Notes: generated by a model not told the origin, from the letters alone. Shown: positions 46,708 through 58,311, numbered from the stretch's first letter. The stretch: DNA of 64,000 nt from Candidatus Bipolaricaulota bacterium (GCA_021735245.1 JAIPHJ010000002.1:26017-90016); one strand, 5' to 3'. Program-made: numbers and translations.

Positions 46708-46961
46708 GAATGTGAAAAAAGGGATCTCCTCCTCAGTGAAAATAGAATGATCAAATTCTAAAAAGGAAGAGGAAACTCCAGGGATAGTCTGCCCAATCAA
46801 AAATCAGCAAAGAAGCTTATTTGTTGAGCAAAAAACAGTCAGAGGACTGGGCCAAACAAAGGATGCGTGGCTTTTAAAAGGCACGAGACCAACTTGAGGA
46901 GATGTTTGAAGAGCGTTACGGGACGGACCGAAACCAATCGGATCAATCAGCTCGGGAGTAG
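46708..46961 (+). mobile_element. Internally deleted IS256-family remnant
   Basis: 46708-46779 aligns with the IS end/leader at 58471-58538. 46880-46961 reads ..ARDQLEEMFEERYG.., like an IS256 transposase C-terminus. No intact ORF. Confidence 0.45.
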
Positions 46962-47033
46962 ACCCCTGAAGTTGGGAATACACAACTTTAGTTGTGCTAC
47001 TCCGCTGAAATTATTAACTATTGTGATAAGACT

Positions 47034-48473
47034 TTAATAAGGTAGTTTCAGCAGAGTATAGCCGAATTCGGGAAGTTTCAGGGAGAGTTTATCTTCGGTG
47101 GTCTCGATCGAACTCTCGCCGAACAAAGATTCCGGTTCCGCGATTCGAGGAAGTTTTTCCGGTGATAATTCGATTTCCCCGGGCTCTCTACTCGAGTTAA
47201 TCGCGGCCAGAAGGGTATCGTTTCCACTTCCCCTACTGTAAACGAATACCTGTTCGTTTGACGATATCTCCCTGAAATTACCATTCCTCAGCGGGGCCAA
47301 TTTGGATCTCAGCTTGATTAAATCCTTGAAGTATTCTCTGAGGTCTTTTCTGTATAGATCCTCTTTCCAGGGATAGGTCCTTCTGCAATCGGGGTCGTCT
47401 CTTCCTTCCATACCTATCTCGTCCCCGTAATAAATTGCCGGTGCGCCGGGAAAAGTGAAGAGGAAAAAGTAACCAAGTTTAAATCGAGCCACGTCGCCCT
47501 CGCACACTGTCATGAACCTTGGCCTGTCGTGGCTGCTGAGTAAGTTGTAATTGGAGAAATTTGCCCAATTCGGATAGGATCGGCGGAGAAAGTATATCCT
47601 CTGGCTGAATTCACGAGCCCCGTACTGATCGCGAGCAATAAAGTCCATCAGAAACCTGTATAGTTCGTAATTCATGACTCCGTCAAGAGCAGCGGACTTA
47701 AACCAGGAGGAGGCGGGGCCAACTACTTCTCCCATCACGTAAGCCCCTGGTTTTATTTCTTTTGCCGCGGATCTTACGGCACGAACAAAACCCGGTTCCA
47801 GGTAATTTACAGTATCCAGACGCCAGCCGTCGATGTCAGCTTCCTTTATCCAGTGCTGAACGACCTCGAGGAGGAATTCACGTACCTCCGGGTTCGTTCT
47901 GTCGAATTCCGGCATACTGGATACCCCTGCCCAGCAGCGGTAGTTTGGTTCGGGCTCATCCTCAATTGGAAAATTATCGACCTCATACCAGTTCCAGTAT
48001 TTTGAGTCACTACCGTTCTTTTTAATGTCCTCGAATGCAAAAAAATGCTCCCCGGAGTGATTAAAAACGCCGTCCAGGACGACCTTCATATCACGGTCGT
48101 GAGCTGATTCCACGAGAGATTTCAAAAGTTCCGTATCACCGAATCGAGGGTCGACTTCGTAATAGTCAGTCGTGTCGTACTTGTGGTTTGAGGGAGAGTT
48201 GAAGATCGGATTTAAATAAATTGCGGTAATTCCGAGTTCTTCCAGGTAGTCCAGCTTACTTTTTACGCCTGCTAAATCACCACCAAAAAAATTGTTTCTC
48301 GTTGGCTTCTCCCCCCAATCTTCAACGTTTTCGGGGTCATTATCCCGATTTCCGTTGTAAAACCTTTCAGGAAATATCTGGTAAAACACGGCATCCCTTA
48401 CCCATTCAGGCGGCCGGATGTTTTGGACACTCGAATCGTCGAAGGAAGTCAATCTCCGTCGACCTTCGGGCAT
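47034..48473 (-). CDS. GH13 alpha-amylase-family enzyme
   Basis: Start set to ATG 48473 (AGGAGG SD, 13 nt after the glgP-like stop). DGWRLDTVNY, GEVVG, LLSSHDRPR catalytic regions. Confidence 0.85.
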   Translation of the reverse strand: MPEGRRRLTSFDDSSVQNIRPPEWVRDAVFYQIFPERFYNGNRDNDPENVEDWGEKPTRNNFFGGDLAGVKSKLDYLEELGITAIYLNPIFNSPSNHKYDTTDYYEVDPRFGDTELLKSLVESAHDRDMKVVLDGVFNHSGEHFFAFEDIKKNGSDSKYWNWYEVDNFPIEDEPEPNYRCWAGVSSMPEFDRTNPEVREFLLEVVQHWIKEADIDGWRLDTVNYLEPGFVRAVRSAAKEIKPGAYVMGEVVGPASSWFKSAALDGVMNYELYRFLMDFIARDQYGAREFSQRIYFLRRSYPNWANFSNYNLLSSHDRPRFMTVCEGDVARFKLGYFFLFTFPGAPAIYYGDEIGMEGRDDPDCRRTYPWKEDLYRKDLREYFKDLIKLRSKLAPLRNGNFREISSNEQVFVYSRGSGNDTLLAAINSSREPGEIELSPEKLPRIAEPESLFGESSIETTEDKLSLKLPEFGYTLLKLPY

Positions 48474-48486
48474 TCTGCTCCTCCTG

Positions 48487-50109
48487 TTAAGTTTCAGTTC
48501 TGCTGTAAAGTTTTTCGTAGTATTTATCAAGCATGCTCTTCGCGGAAAATTCTTCATAAGTCGATTCAATGCTTGTAGCCATCATCTCTTTCCACTTTTC
48601 CCTGTTTTCGTAATAGGTTGGCACGACCTCGTTCAAAAGTACACGATAAAGTGCCTCCCTGTCATGTTGATCCTGTCCTTCACCCTCGTAACCGTCTCCT
48701 AGTTGCCAGCCGTTTTTCCCGTGCTCACATGCTTCTGGCCACCACCCGTCAAGTACGCTCAGGTTTAGCACGCCGTTCATTGCCGCCTTCATTCCCGACG
48801 TTCCGCTCGCCTCCATGGGGCGTCTCGGGTTGTTTAGCCAGACGTCGACTCCCCGGGTCAGGAAACTTCCTATTTCCATCCCGTAATCCTCGAGGAACAC
48901 GACGCTTTCCGGGTACTCCTCGGATTTATCGACCAGTTCGGTTATTATGTCCTTACCTGTATCGTCGAGGGGGTGGGCTTTACCGGAAAACACTAACTGA
49001 ATGTCGCCGCTTTCCAGGTAGGGTGATATTTTCTCCTTACTGGAAAAGATCAGGTTTGCCCGCTTGTAAGGTGCGGCCCGACGAGCAAATCCTATTATCA
49101 GTTTATTCTGATCGAGCTCTACTCCAGTTCTATCCTTTACGTAGTCAACGAGAGCACGCTGTAGCTCAGTGTGTCTCTTCCATACCTCTTCCTTTTTTTC
49201 CGCCCCGGATATCTCCGGATCGACCCAGGTATCGCGATGGATTCCGTTGGTTACCCCCTGGATGCTCGGTCTATCGTCCACGTGCTTCCACATATCTCTG
49301 GCAGTCTCTTTGTGTAGCTGAGAGACGCCATTTGCGGCTTTTGCAAGCCGTAACCCAGCAGCGGTCATATTGAACGGTTTACCGCCAATACTCTCCATCT
49401 CTTCTTCGGATAATCCGTTAAACGCTTCCATATATTTCATTACTCTCATACTGTGCTCTTCGTTTCCCTTTTCAACTGGAGTATGCGTGGTAAAGACAAT
49501 TTCCTCTCTGGTTCGGGAGTACGCTTCCTCGAAACTGAGTCCGGCTTTAGTTTTTTCCTTGATTAACTCGGTTCCCGCGAGAACGGCATGCCCTTCGTTG
49601 AAGTGATATATATCTGGTTCAAAACCCAGCCTTCTTAACGCTTTCACACCGCCGATTCCGAGGACAATCTCCTGGGCGATTCGTTCTTCCTCGAACCATC
49701 CGTAAAGCTGGCCGGTTATCCACTTGTTTGAATTTTCCTTTAGATTGGTGTCGAGCAGATAGAGCGGTGCGTTGTCGTATTTTTCGAGCTTCCAAACCCG
49801 GCAAGCTATCTCTTCGTTCTTTATCTTTACGTAAACCTTTATGCCTGTATCCTCAAGATAATCGTACGTGTAATCGTTTCGCGGGTAGGTATCCACCGGG
49901 CGACCTTTTTCGTTTATCACCTGTTTGGTGTAACCCTGGCGCCAGAGGATTCCGATCCCTATCATGGGCAAATCCTGATCTTTTGCCGTTTTAAGGATGT
50001 CGCCAGCCAGGATACCGAGTCCACCGGCATATATTTTCATCTCCTCGGCCAGGCCGTACTCCATACAGAAATAAGCCACTGAAGGCTTGTCAGCTTCCAC
50101 TGTTTTCAC
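48487..50109 (-). CDS. glgP: Alpha-glucan (maltodextrin/glycogen) phosphorylase, short GT35 type
   Basis: 540-aa ORF. PLP-lysine motif EASGTSGMKAAMNG; YAGGLGILAGD near the N-terminus. Confidence 0.85.
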   Translation of the reverse strand: MKTVEADKPSVAYFCMEYGLAEEMKIYAGGLGILAGDILKTAKDQDLPMIGIGILWRQGYTKQVINEKGRPVDTYPRNDYTYDYLEDTGIKVYVKIKNEEIACRVWKLEKYDNAPLYLLDTNLKENSNKWITGQLYGWFEEERIAQEIVLGIGGVKALRRLGFEPDIYHFNEGHAVLAGTELIKEKTKAGLSFEEAYSRTREEIVFTTHTPVEKGNEEHSMRVMKYMEAFNGLSEEEMESIGGKPFNMTAAGLRLAKAANGVSQLHKETARDMWKHVDDRPSIQGVTNGIHRDTWVDPEISGAEKKEEVWKRHTELQRALVDYVKDRTGVELDQNKLIIGFARRAAPYKRANLIFSSKEKISPYLESGDIQLVFSGKAHPLDDTGKDIITELVDKSEEYPESVVFLEDYGMEIGSFLTRGVDVWLNNPRRPMEASGTSGMKAAMNGVLNLSVLDGWWPEACEHGKNGWQLGDGYEGEGQDQHDREALYRVLLNEVVPTYYENREKWKEMMATSIESTYEEFSAKSMLDKYYEKLYSRTET

Positions 50110-50278
50110 CTCTAATTTTAATCATGTGTAAGAAATAAACTCATCCAGACCTGGAACGAATGAACTCCCTGACAAATTAACTAAACGCGTTTACTTTGCC
50201 CTCTCAGTGAATCTTTCCTCGTCCGAGTTCTGGGGGGTAGAAATCTTTCAGAGTTTTATTATTTAGAATATTTATTGG

Positions 50279-51172
50279 TTATCCTTTGACCGAACCCTGG
50301 GTCAGACCGGCAACGATCTGATCCTGGAGGCTTAAAAATATAGTTACTATAGGTACTGCCCCAATTAAGGCTGCTGCCGCAAATATACCCCAGCGCTGGT
50401 TGTAGCTTCCGAATATAAACAGCTTTAACCCGACGGCTAACGTGTACTGGCTAGTATCCTGAAGCAGTATGCTGGCCAGGATGAAGTCCGAGTAGACGAA
50501 GATCATAGTTAAAATGAAGATAACGGCGAGCATCGGTCGGGCCAGAGGCAATATTATTCTGATGAATGCCTGGAAGTGAGAAGCGCCATCGACCTGGGCG
50601 GACTCCTCGAGTGAATGGGGTATTGAATCAAAGAAGCCTTTTAAAAGCCAGGTGTGGAAACCGAGTGTTCCACCGAGGTAAACCATCAGTAGGCCAGTAT
50701 GGGTATTTAATCCAAGCCACGGAGCTAGGTCGCCGATTTGGAGTAAAAGGAAGTATAACGCAACCATGGCAAGCATCTGGGGGAACAATTGCACGAGTAG
50801 AAGTCCCAGTAGTCCGGTTCGCCTTCCAGTAAAGCGGAATCGGGAGAAGGCGTATGCAGCCAGAGCGGACATGGCGGTGCCGATTAATCCGGTCAGGACC
50901 GATAGTTTAAGGCTGTTCCAGAGCCAGAGAAGAAATGGAGCGTTGTACTTGTCGGCGCCGCCCAGAAAGAAAAGCCGGTAGTTCTCAAGCGTGGGGTTAT
51001 CCGGTACAAGGCTCTGGGCGGAAAGCGAGCCAACGGGATTAACTGAGGCAGAAATTATCCAGATTATGGGGTAGAGGACGAAGGCCAGCACGGCTAGCAT
51101 AATTAAGTGTTTGAAGCCCCTGCCTGAAAACCATGACCAGAACCGTTTAAAAACTGACTTTGTATTAAACAT
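50279..51172 (-). CDS. malG: Maltodextrin ABC transporter permease
   Basis: 297-aa ORF, six TM segments, EAA loop LEESAQVDGASHFQAFIRIILPLARP. Confidence 0.85.
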   Translation of the reverse strand: MFNTKSVFKRFWSWFSGRGFKHLIMLAVLAFVLYPIIWIISASVNPVGSLSAQSLVPDNPTLENYRLFFLGGADKYNAPFLLWLWNSLKLSVLTGLIGTAMSALAAYAFSRFRFTGRRTGLLGLLLVQLFPQMLAMVALYFLLLQIGDLAPWLGLNTHTGLLMVYLGGTLGFHTWLLKGFFDSIPHSLEESAQVDGASHFQAFIRIILPLARPMLAVIFILTMIFVYSDFILASILLQDTSQYTLAVGLKLFIFGSYNQRWGIFAAAALIGAVPIVTIFLSLQDQIVAGLTQGSVKG

Positions 51173-52739
51173 TTTCGCTCATCTCCTCCAGAGCACCCGT
51201 ATAGTGGAAGTTTATTGCACTGATAGTTCCGATAATAAGGAATATTATTATCGAAATAGCAGCCGCCAGACCGTATTGGGTCGCTCCCTGGCCGCCAAAG
51301 GCAAGTTTATAGGTGTAAGAGATCAATATGTCGGTCGAGCCGGCGGTAGTTGCTCCGACAATTGGTGGTTCACCCCTGGTCACGAGAAATATTATGTTGA
51401 AGTTATTAAAGTTGAAGGCAAAGGATCCTATTAGCAGCGGGCCGACGGAAACCATTAATAGTGGCAAGGTAATCTTCCGGAACTGCTGGAAGGGTGAAGC
51501 TCCGTCTACTTTTGCCACTTCGTAAAGCTCGGGCTGAATGCTCTGTAATGCTCCGAGACAAACGACCATCATGTACGGAAACCCGAGCCAGAGATTGACT
51601 ATGAGAACGGCTACTTTAGCCAGAAGCGGATCCTGAAACCAGGCGGGACTTAAACCGAGGAGAGGCTGAAGCAATTTCGTATTTATTATTCCCACATTTG
51701 TATTGAAAAACCCCCGCCAGATCAGCGCCGATATGAAGGCAGGTATGGCGTACGGTAAAATGAGAAGGCCTTTGTACAATGGCTTTAACCGCAACCGGGA
51801 ATCACTAAGTATTATTGCAATGCCCAGACCGAGCACGAAAGTAGTCAGCACGCTCATAAATGCCCAGATGAATGTCCAGGTAAATACCCGCAGGAAAGGG
51901 CCGGTGATCATAGGATCCCTGAATATCTTTGAGAAGTTTTCTAAACCAACGGTTGCCTTGAAGCCCGGTTCGAGACTACGTTCGGTCGTAGTAGAAACAA
52001 AGGTTCCTTCTTCCGGCCGGAATAGCTCCCCCGTTTGCCGGTCCCGAATGCGATCTTGTTCATCCAGGTACTCGTAACGCGATATTCGCTGGTCAAATGT
52101 GGTTAGGTTACTCATCTGAAGTGCTACGCCATTAGCTTTCGGTTTCCACTTTTGCAGTTTTTGTAAGACCCCAATAACCTCGGTTCGGCTCATCAGCTCG
52201 TAGTCTCCAAAACTCTCTATCGTTCCGTCCTCATCAGAGTCCACGAAACGTTCGTTTCCGAGATTTACTTCTGTTAACTCTTCTCCTCCGGTCAGGTACG
52301 TCTTATCACCTGTATTAGACTGGAGAATTAGCTTAATGTCCCCTTGATTGTTCTTATAGGCTTCGAAGCTATAGGAGACGGGATCCTCGGGTTGATAATA
52401 CTGGCCTTCAAGTGATTCTATCGCCTGTTGCTTGCTTAAAATATGACCTGTACCGTAATTGGTCGTGGAGAGGTAGAATGTATAGCCAATTGGATAAACT
52501 ACGAAGGCAAATAGAAAGATCAACCCGGGAACCATGTACCGAATCGGGTAGGTCCGGTCAGAAAGAAATACGTAATGTATAGTCGCGGCCCCGAGTAAAA
52601 GGGCGACAATGAAACCGTATGCACCCTGAAAGTAAAGAAGGACGGACGCCCAGATCCCGATGGCGTCCAGCAGGCCGAGAAAGATTAATTTAAAGAACAA
52701 GCCATAATTGCTTTCGTTTAATATATTTGTCATGATCAA
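51165..52739 (-). CDS. malF: Maltodextrin ABC transporter permease with a large periplasmic loop
   Basis: 524-aa ORF. EAA loop YEVAKVDGASPFQQFRKITLPLL; MalF-like insertion after TM3. Confidence 0.85.
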   Translation of the reverse strand: MIMTNILNESNYGLFFKLIFLGLLDAIGIWASVLLYFQGAYGFIVALLLGAATIHYVFLSDRTYPIRYMVPGLIFLFAFVVYPIGYTFYLSTTNYGTGHILSKQQAIESLEGQYYQPEDPVSYSFEAYKNNQGDIKLILQSNTGDKTYLTGGEELTEVNLGNERFVDSDEDGTIESFGDYELMSRTEVIGVLQKLQKWKPKANGVALQMSNLTTFDQRISRYEYLDEQDRIRDRQTGELFRPEEGTFVSTTTERSLEPGFKATVGLENFSKIFRDPMITGPFLRVFTWTFIWAFMSVLTTFVLGLGIAIILSDSRLRLKPLYKGLLILPYAIPAFISALIWRGFFNTNVGIINTKLLQPLLGLSPAWFQDPLLAKVAVLIVNLWLGFPYMMVVCLGALQSIQPELYEVAKVDGASPFQQFRKITLPLLMVSVGPLLIGSFAFNFNNFNIIFLVTRGEPPIVGATTAGSTDILISYTYKLAFGGQGATQYGLAAAISIIIFLIIGTISAINFHYTGALEEMSENV

Positions 52740-52797
52740 ATCCCCTGGAAAATATCAGGGCCGGCCTAAGCTCCAGCCGGCCCGGTAAACTTCGTGG

Positions 52798-54003
52798 TTA
52801 ATATTCTCCCTGCCCTATTGCCTCTTTAATTATTTTTTCTGCGGCTTCCATGGCTGCTTCTGGTTCCTGTTTTTGCTGAGAGATCAACTGTAACTTATCA
52901 GTCAAAGCTCCCCAGGTTGCGTTCATTTCAGGGATATTGGGCATCGGTGTGCCAACGCTTGCGCTCTCGAGAAAAGCAGCGGTAGTTGGGTCGTTCTTTG
53001 CCTTCTCCCTTACGGGCTTGTAAACTGGCGGTCGATTTCCTTTCTCGTAAAGTTCCATCATAACATCTTCTGTAGCTACGTAATTGGTCAGGAACTCGTT
53101 TGCAAGGACCGTATCCTCGGCGTAACTGCTGAGGTAGAATCCGTTAACTCCGACGAAAGGCTTGGGCTGGTTTCCGTCCATGGGAGGAAGTTTCATGACA
53201 CCAAAGTCAATTCCCGCATCCTTGACTCCACTAATGGCCCAGGGTCCAGTCATCCACATGCCGGCGTCCCCCTCTGTGAATAGTCCCTGTGATGTACTGT
53301 AATCTATACCCTGAGGAATTAGGCCATCCTCGTACATTTTGTCGAGTATTCTCAGTCCTTTCAAGGCGCCTTCAGTGGTCAGGCCTAATTGATCCGGGTT
53401 GAATCCCCCTTCGTACTTGAATATGTAACCTCCGTGTGCACTGATGAATGGATAAGTGTGATAGGGGTCACCCGTCCCGGGATAAACGAACCCGTACTTC
53501 TTTTCCTCAGGGTTCGTCAGCTCCCGTGCAACCTCCATTAATTCGTCCCACGTTTCCGGGGGTTCTTCGACGAGTTCCTTGTTGTAGATCAGGGCGATTG
53601 CCTCCATGGAGTACGGCAGGCCATAAATGCTGTCGTTGTAGGTGAAGGCGTCCAGGCTGACTTCCGTGAATTCCTCCTTTAGGTCTTCCGACATAATTAT
53701 CGGTTCAAGTAAGCCATTCTGGGCCAGCTCTCCCGTCCAATCGTGGGCTCCGATTAGGATATCGGGACCTTCCTCCGATGGTGCAGCCTTGTTGAACTGA
53801 GACCTAATATCGTCGTAATTAATCTGTGAAAGTTCGACGTCTACGCTGTAATCGTCCTCGAAATCCTCCGTAATCGGTTTGAGTATTTCGTAACGGACTT
53901 TGTCAGTCCAGATTTCCAGAACCCCCGCCTTTTTGGCACTGGCGGCAAAGACTGTACCCAGTACCAGGGTCAGACTCAAAGTAATAATCAAAGCTTTTTT
54001 CAT
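52798..54003 (-). CDS. malE: Maltose/maltodextrin-binding protein
   Basis: 401-aa ORF with a signal peptide. Family-1 SBP pattern (IWTDK..., PDILIGAHDW, GVNGFYLS). Confidence 0.85.
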   Translation of the reverse strand: MKKALIITLSLTLVLGTVFAASAKKAGVLEIWTDKVRYEILKPITEDFEDDYSVDVELSQINYDDIRSQFNKAAPSEEGPDILIGAHDWTGELAQNGLLEPIIMSEDLKEEFTEVSLDAFTYNDSIYGLPYSMEAIALIYNKELVEEPPETWDELMEVARELTNPEEKKYGFVYPGTGDPYHTYPFISAHGGYIFKYEGGFNPDQLGLTTEGALKGLRILDKMYEDGLIPQGIDYSTSQGLFTEGDAGMWMTGPWAISGVKDAGIDFGVMKLPPMDGNQPKPFVGVNGFYLSSYAEDTVLANEFLTNYVATEDVMMELYEKGNRPPVYKPVREKAKNDPTTAAFLESASVGTPMPNIPEMNATWGALTDKLQLISQQKQEPEAAMEAAEKIIKEAIGQGEY

Positions 54004-54070
54004 TTTAGTCCCTCCTGTATTAGAAGTAGTTAAAGATAGTTACCAGTTAATCTGACCTTTAACGTTTGTT

Positions 54071-57041
54071 CTACTCACCACCTCCCGTATTCGGGTTCGG
54101 TGAAACTTTAAAAGGTTTTAAAGTAGCGTACTTCTTTTCCGTTCGATCGTAGCTGGATAGAATATTTTTCTGTTCTCCTGCCGGCGCCAGGTAATCGTAA
54201 ACGTTTGAAGAAACAGATGGGTGCTTAGCACCACCACCCTGCCAGGTTGAAGCTTCTTTCTGGACTGTTCTGATGTGATCCCGTCCGTAACCGTCCTGGG
54301 AGAAAACCATCAGGTAGTGGTTTCCATCTATCTCCGGCAGCAACTCCTTCGGTATTCCCGCTATCACTCGCTTCTGTTTTACGTTCGAAGATACGTCGAT
54401 CTTGTACCCCTCTCCGTCTGCAGTAACCAGCTCCCTGCCGTATCCAGGCCACCCGGCAATTTTAACAAAGTAATCCCAGGTTGCTTCGGACGAGAACCTA
54501 ACACCCGCGCCTTCTTTACGAGGTTCGACTTTTCCACCCTTTTCTGAGTCTATATAGAGGTTAATCAATTGATGGCTGAAGCCGAGAGGGGCGTCCCAGG
54601 GGTTGGTCATTGCTCCGAACTCGAAGCTCAATAGCCACTTGTCACCGGCGTCATAAATTTCGTATTTTCTCAGGTCGAAGAGTCCTTCGTGGTCGAATAC
54701 GGAATTTTTCGGGTATGAATAATTGCCAGGGCCGTAGTCATCTCCCTCAGGATCGTTAACTGTGAAGACTCTTGTTCCGCTGAGAGGCTTTGGAATTCTC
54801 GTCCTTACCGGACGTTCAGGTATGGAAGTTAATTGGGTACCGGCTTTTCTTCTTTCCGCCGAAAGCCTTAAAGTAAAGTTTTCTTCGGGCTCGATATTAA
54901 TAGTTTCATAAGGAAACTTGAATTCTATTATTTCTCCCACCTCTGCCACTCGCCGAGAGAGGTTTGAAATACTGCTGGCGAACTTCCAGTTTCTTTTGCC
55001 GTCAGCTCTGTAACGAAAGACATTCCAGGTTCCGTCAGCTTCCACATCTTCCATGTGGAGGGACACCATTTGAGATAACGGAAAGCCCAACTTTGTTTCC
55101 CCATATCGGGTTCTGGCGTTTGCCCTGGTTTCACCGCTCAGATACAGGTTAAAACTAAGGTCTTGCCCGATATATTTTCGGGCTTCTTCTACGGTATCTA
55201 TTCTGACGAAAAGGTCGTTTGGCCCGTAACCAAGGTAAAGATCGGTATAAATTTCGCTGGCATCGGTCTGGAAATGAACCGCATTTCTCCACTCTTCTTC
55301 TGAGGTGATCGTGCCGTCAAGGGTTACTTTTACTCCGCCGAGGTTTTCGGCAATTGGTGGTGACTTATCCACAAATAATTCTGCAGGTATATCCTCCCTG
55401 GAATAACCCGATTGGCGGTAGGAATTAATAAGGTGTGTTTTGAATAACCCGTCAAAAATCTCGTCATTTCCGGAGTCCTTGTCCGTACCGTACCACCAGA
55501 ACCAATCGCTACCTTCAGCTGCCAGGATTGCATTTCTTGCAGGAGAACCAGGTGGCTCTTCCTGGATAGCTTGTCTGGCTTCAATCAACCTCCGCCAGGC
55601 TCGGTCCTCTTCCGGTTCCCCTCTCCAGGTTGAAAGGTCCCCGGCCCATGAACCGGTGGCCAGTTTATCGATTTCTGTGGTTTCTCCTTTCTGGCTCTCT
55701 ATAAATTTCCCTGGAGTGGTTGTTTTTACCCATTCCGTTTTCTCCAGCTCTCGGTAGAGCTCTTCAAGGAAAGACCGTCCATTGTTTGGGTACCCGGCCA
55801 TGAACATCCAGTTTTCTCCATCAACTGCTATCGTTACCAGCTTCTCCCTGGGGTTTGCCAGGTTTTCCTTTATTTCTTTAAGCTCTTCTATAAAATCGTC
55901 TACCGCATAACTTGTTGATTTATTGCCATAGCTAAAACTTATATTGTCCGAAAGTTCGCTGTAGCGAAAGAAAACGTAAGCTTCTCCTTTCTGACTTGAA
56001 ACTCTATAGGGTTTCGTTAGCTGTCTCATAAGGAGTTTCCCCTAAACTATCTGCCAGTACCTTTTGATCGGAAACGAACCAGTCGAAACCTGATTCCACC
56101 ACCGGGCCAACTATGGACTGACTGACCGCCTGTTCCGGGGGCCAGAGTCCAGCTGGAGATTGACCGAAGATATCTTCGTAACGGTCTATACCCCGCCTGA
56201 GCTGGTTCCGGGTATCTTCCGGCCATGGTTCCTTGCTTACTCCTTCCCAGCCTTCGTCCATAAGCAGTGGTAGGAGGGGATGATAGTAAGGGCTGGTAAT
56301 TATCTCGGAACCTTTTTCGGCGACTTCCTTGTACTCGTCGATCAAGTCCCGACAAATATCCCGCTGAGCTTCGATAGTTCTGATTACATCAGATCTCTCG
56401 TAATTTTCTTTTCCCCGAAGATCTGTTAACCCGTACTCCTCGTGGAGCCTTGGAGATATCTGCCAGAGAAAGAAGAGCGCGCTCAGGTCTGTAATTTCAT
56501 CGGCTGTTAGGCTTCTCTCATCGGAAACTTCCCTTAGCTCCGCGTACCTGGGAGAATAGTAAGGATCGTCTCCGTTGTCGTCGAACATATAGGGATTAAG
56601 GGAGAAGAACTCGTCCTCTACTTTTTCTCGTTCCTTCCGGCTTAGTTCTTTCGGATCCTTCAACGCCAGTTTCAGGTGAGGATCAGTTGCCCCGATGTAT
56701 TTATAGGCTCCCCCTCTATCCTTTTCTTCTTCGCTAATTTCGACGTAATCCTCTATCTGGTCGAGCAAGCTGGGCACGAGGTTATAAGTAACCTCAATTT
56801 CTTCGAACTGTTTTAGAATTAGTGGGCTGTCGAAGTACTCCTGTACGGCGTGAACCCGGGCCCAGGGTAGCTCATACTTCTGTTTCCTGACATCCTTGTA
56901 GAGAGGTTGATGCTGGTGCCAGATAAGGGCGAGGTTAAGTCTATCCGACTTCTCCGCGGCTCCCCCCCCGGCCAATCCTCCGGCTGTCAAAAGGAAAACC
57001 AATATCATCAGGACGATTAGATGGGACGAAGAATTTTTCAT
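54071..57041 (-). pseudogene. GH57 amylopullulanase-like gene split by a frameshift in a C4/G4 run (56039-56042)
   Basis: ORFs 56004-57041 (WHQHQPLY, GLWPPEQAVS nucleophile region) and 54071-56029 (VDGENWMF acid/base region, GSDWFWWYG) overlap by 26 nt. Removing one G gives ..ADSLGKLLMRQLTKPYRV... Confidence 0.75.
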
Positions 57042-57084
57042 TTTAACCCCCCCGATTAATTAAATCAAAAGGACCGAAAAATCG

Positions 57085-58311
57085 TTACTGTTTATTTTTT
57101 AATTGCTTTCCCCCTGGCTCTTCTATCCTTCTAACTTTGTGGTGAAGGGGCAGGTTGAGGAAGTTCCGAATTGCCAGCAAAGCAGCCCCGATCAACCAAC
57201 CTTCTTGTCCCAGCGTTGCACGTACGATTTCTAATTCCCTGTCTTCTTCCGGAAAAGAGTGGTTCAAGACCTCTTTTTTCAACCTGGGCATAAAAAAATC
57301 CGCCTCGCTCAGTCTCTCGCCTCCCAGCAATACCGCTTCCGGGTTTAGTGTATTTACGAGATTCTTGATACCAAGACCGAGGTTATAGCCCAATCTCTGG
57401 AATATCTCCAGGGCCTGTCCGTCGCCCTCGGACGCAAGGCTGGAAAGGTTTTCTATAGTCGGTGGTTTAAAGTCCAGGTTTTCAATTTCGTTTCTCAGGA
57501 AGTAGTCTGATGCCAGGGCCTCCAGGCAACCATTTTCGCCGCAGCGGCAGCGTGGCCCATTTGGATCCAGAGTGATGTGACCTATTTCGCCTGCGCCGCC
57601 GATAGCACCTCTATGGAGCGTTCCGTCGATCATCAGTCCGGCGCCGACTCCTTCTCCAACGGTTAAGCAGAGAAAATCTTCGTAATCCTTGCCCGCTCCC
57701 AGCCATCCTTCGGCTAGAGTGAAAGCATTTACGTCGTTATCAACTACTACTGGAATTGAACTATCAGGTAGGAGAACGTCAGCCAGCGGCACGTCGCTCC
57801 AGTCCAGGATGGGTGTATAAATAATAGTTCCGCCGTCCGATATAAAACCGGATACGCCTATCCCCAAACCGAGGACCTCTCCGGTTTCAGAGTAAGAGTT
57901 AAGATCTTGCCTGATTATTTCTAGAACCGTATCCAGGTCTGGCTCGGATTCAATTTCCGTAGTGTTGCCATCTATCTTATTGGTGCTCAGGTCGTAAAAA
58001 CCGGAAATTACCCTTCTATTTTCTATCTTAACGGCTGCTACGGACCCAAAATCGTCGTTGATGTCAAGTAAAGTTGGCTTTCTACCGCCGGTTGATTGAC
58101 TCACACCAACCTCTACTATGAGGTCGGAAGAAATTAACTTCGAGGTTATATTGGAGATTGTGGCTGGGGCCAGACCTGTTATTTGGGCGATTGTTTTCCG
58201 GGGAATCGGGTCCCCTTTGTAAAGGAGAGATATAACCGCCCTCGTATTGTAGTCACGCATCAGCTCTTTACTGATGCTTCTCGAGTTTTCGGAGCGCGAT
58301 AGATCTTTCAT
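57085..58311 (-). CDS. ROK-family transcriptional regulator
   Basis: 408-aa ORF. N-terminal wHTH, ROK sugar-kinase fold, zinc motif CRCGENGCLE. Confidence 0.85.
   Translation of the reverse strand: MKDLSRSENSRSISKELMRDYNTRAVISLLYKGDPIPRKTIAQITGLAPATISNITSKLISSDLIVEVGVSQSTGGRKPTLLDINDDFGSVAAVKIENRRVISGFYDLSTNKIDGNTTEIESEPDLDTVLEIIRQDLNSYSETGEVLGLGIGVSGFISDGGTIIYTPILDWSDVPLADVLLPDSSIPVVVDNDVNAFTLAEGWLGAGKDYEDFLCLTVGEGVGAGLMIDGTLHRGAIGGAGEIGHITLDPNGPRCRCGENGCLEALASDYFLRNEIENLDFKPPTIENLSSLASEGDGQALEIFQRLGYNLGLGIKNLVNTLNPEAVLLGGERLSEADFFMPRLKKEVLNHSFPEEDRELEIVRATLGQEGWLIGAALLAIRNFLNLPLHHKVRRIEEPGGKQLKNKQ

Noticed and set aside
48618-49373. 251-aa plus-strand ORF
   Set aside because: It is antisense to the well-supported alpha-glucan phosphorylase gene, and its product is Arg/Pro/Ser-rich junk.
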